From contig JBHGBC010000013.1 in assembly GCA_041946805.1 (NCBI GenBank), forward strand, positions 1 to 64,000: DNA of 64,000 nucleotides, given 5' to 3'. This document shows, piece after piece, positions 63,139-64,000 of the stretch; position 1 is the first letter of the stretch; each line of letters starts with the position of its first letter. Under the pieces are notes generated by a model. That model ran no database searches. It saw only the letters and a list, made by a program, of their open reading frames with translations, and was not told the DNA's origin. The DNA is from a bacterium. Lineage in GTDB: Bacteria > Hinthialibacterota > Hinthialibacteria > Hinthialibacterales > Hinthialibacteraceae. The translations under genes were made by a program, and so were the position numbers.

Positions 63139-63180
63139 TCTGAATCAGGATGACCAGGATGATCAAGAAGAGCAAGATTG
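63139..63180 (+). repeat. Family C repeat
   Basis: TCTGAATCAGGATGACCAGGATGATCAAGAAGAGCAAGAT. Confidence 0.75.
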
Positions 63181-63314
63181 CATGGGGCCGGATTGAACCA
63201 GGGATGTCACGGAAAAGAGCATGGATGGCGCGGTTTTTTTTGAGCGCCTGCGGTGCGGCAAGAACAGAGTCCAAGGCATCGCCCTGGGAAAAATGGCGCG
63301 AAAAGGACTAAATT

Positions 63315-63347
63315 CCCTCTCCCTCTGGGAAAGGGGCCGGATGAGGG
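63315..63347. repeat. REP-like family A copy (degenerate)
   Basis: CCCTCTCCCTCTGGGAAAGGGGCCGGATGAGGG. Confidence 0.7.
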
Positions 63348-63577
63348 AATCTTCTGATGACGGCCTGGGGCGTCCGCCTGCTTGGATGGCCATTTCCCAC
63401 GAGTGATCCGTGGAGTTTCTGCCCTATATTTTATTCCCCTTGTCTTTTATTCCGCCCGGGAAATCCCCTCCGGCTGTTCAAAAAGGAGAAATGATGGATA
63501 ATCCCAGACGGGTATGCGTTTGGAAGCGCCGGTATAATATAGAAACCAAACCAATTCAAGCCGATAGGATGCCCACG

Positions 63578-64000
63578 ATGAAAATTCGATCCTTTTACGT
63601 GACCCCGACCCTTCCCGATGAATTGAAGGCGCTCAAGGACATCGCCATGAATTTGTGGTTTTCATGGAACTGGGAAGCGGTCCGTCTGTTTATCCGGATC
63701 GACGCGGATTTATGGGAACAGGTGTATCAAAATCCGATGGCCATGCTGGGGCAGGTTCCCCAGTCCCGATACAAGCAATTGGCCCAGGACGACAGTTTTG
63801 TGGCCAATGTCGACCGCGTGTACAAGGATATGCAGGAGTACATGGCCCAAAAAAAGTGGTTCCGGCGCGCCTACGAAGAGAAAAAAGATATGCAAGTGGC
63901 GTATTTCTCTTGTGAGTACGGGCTGGACGAGGGGCTGCCCATCTATTCCGGCGGCCTGGGCATTCTCTCCGGCGATCACTTGAAATCCTGCTCGGATTTG
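63578..64000 (+). CDS. glgP: Alpha-glucan (glycogen) phosphorylase, 5' partial; absent from the ORF track because it runs off the window
   Basis: Manual translation MKIRSFYVTPTLPDEL...NLWFSWN...VAYFSCEYGLDEGLPIYSGGLGILSGDHLKSCSDL. Confidence 0.93.
   Translation, partial: MKIRSFYVTPTLPDELKALKDIAMNLWFSWNWEAVRLFIRIDADLWEQVYQNPMAMLGQVPQSRYKQLAQDDSFVANVDRVYKDMQEYMAQKKWFRRAYEEKKDMQVAYFSCEYGLDEGLPIYSGGLGILSGDHLKSCSDL

Overview
High-GC bacterial chromosomal window with about 44 protein-coding genes. No rRNA, tRNA, CRISPR array, transposase or phage genes are recognisable. Main blocks: (1) GH88 and bioF; (2) iscA, a Cys-tailed MarR and a sensor-less sigma-54 activator, followed by an unusual four-gene pilus/secretion-like envelope locus (Gly/Tyr-rich cohesin-like protein, PilM-PilN fusion, TM-TPR protein, TPR-secretin); (3) CotH/EF-hand protein; (4) ArsS-like radical SAM, DUF547, DedA and MerA-like reductase cluster; (5) split pntA plus pntB, crcB/DUF190 and phhB; (6) UbiD plus Nudix; (7) CehA/McbA hydrolase, HDOD, HD and an OYE-GltD fusion; (8) metY-metX-metW; (9) several secreted carbohydrate-related proteins, including a GH2 lacking both catalytic glutamates and two proteins sharing a C-terminal V-x-x-W-x-x-Y motif; (10) the 5' end of glgP. 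Intergenic DNA holds several REP-like families, a candidate ~230-nt multi-hairpin sRNA (37091-37322) and tandem NrdR-like boxes upstream of iscA. All protein calls come from motif recognition by eye, not database searches. The C-terminal motif recalls Ca. Hinthialibacterota (OLB16)/Sumerlaeota proteins, but that taxonomy is an unverified inference.
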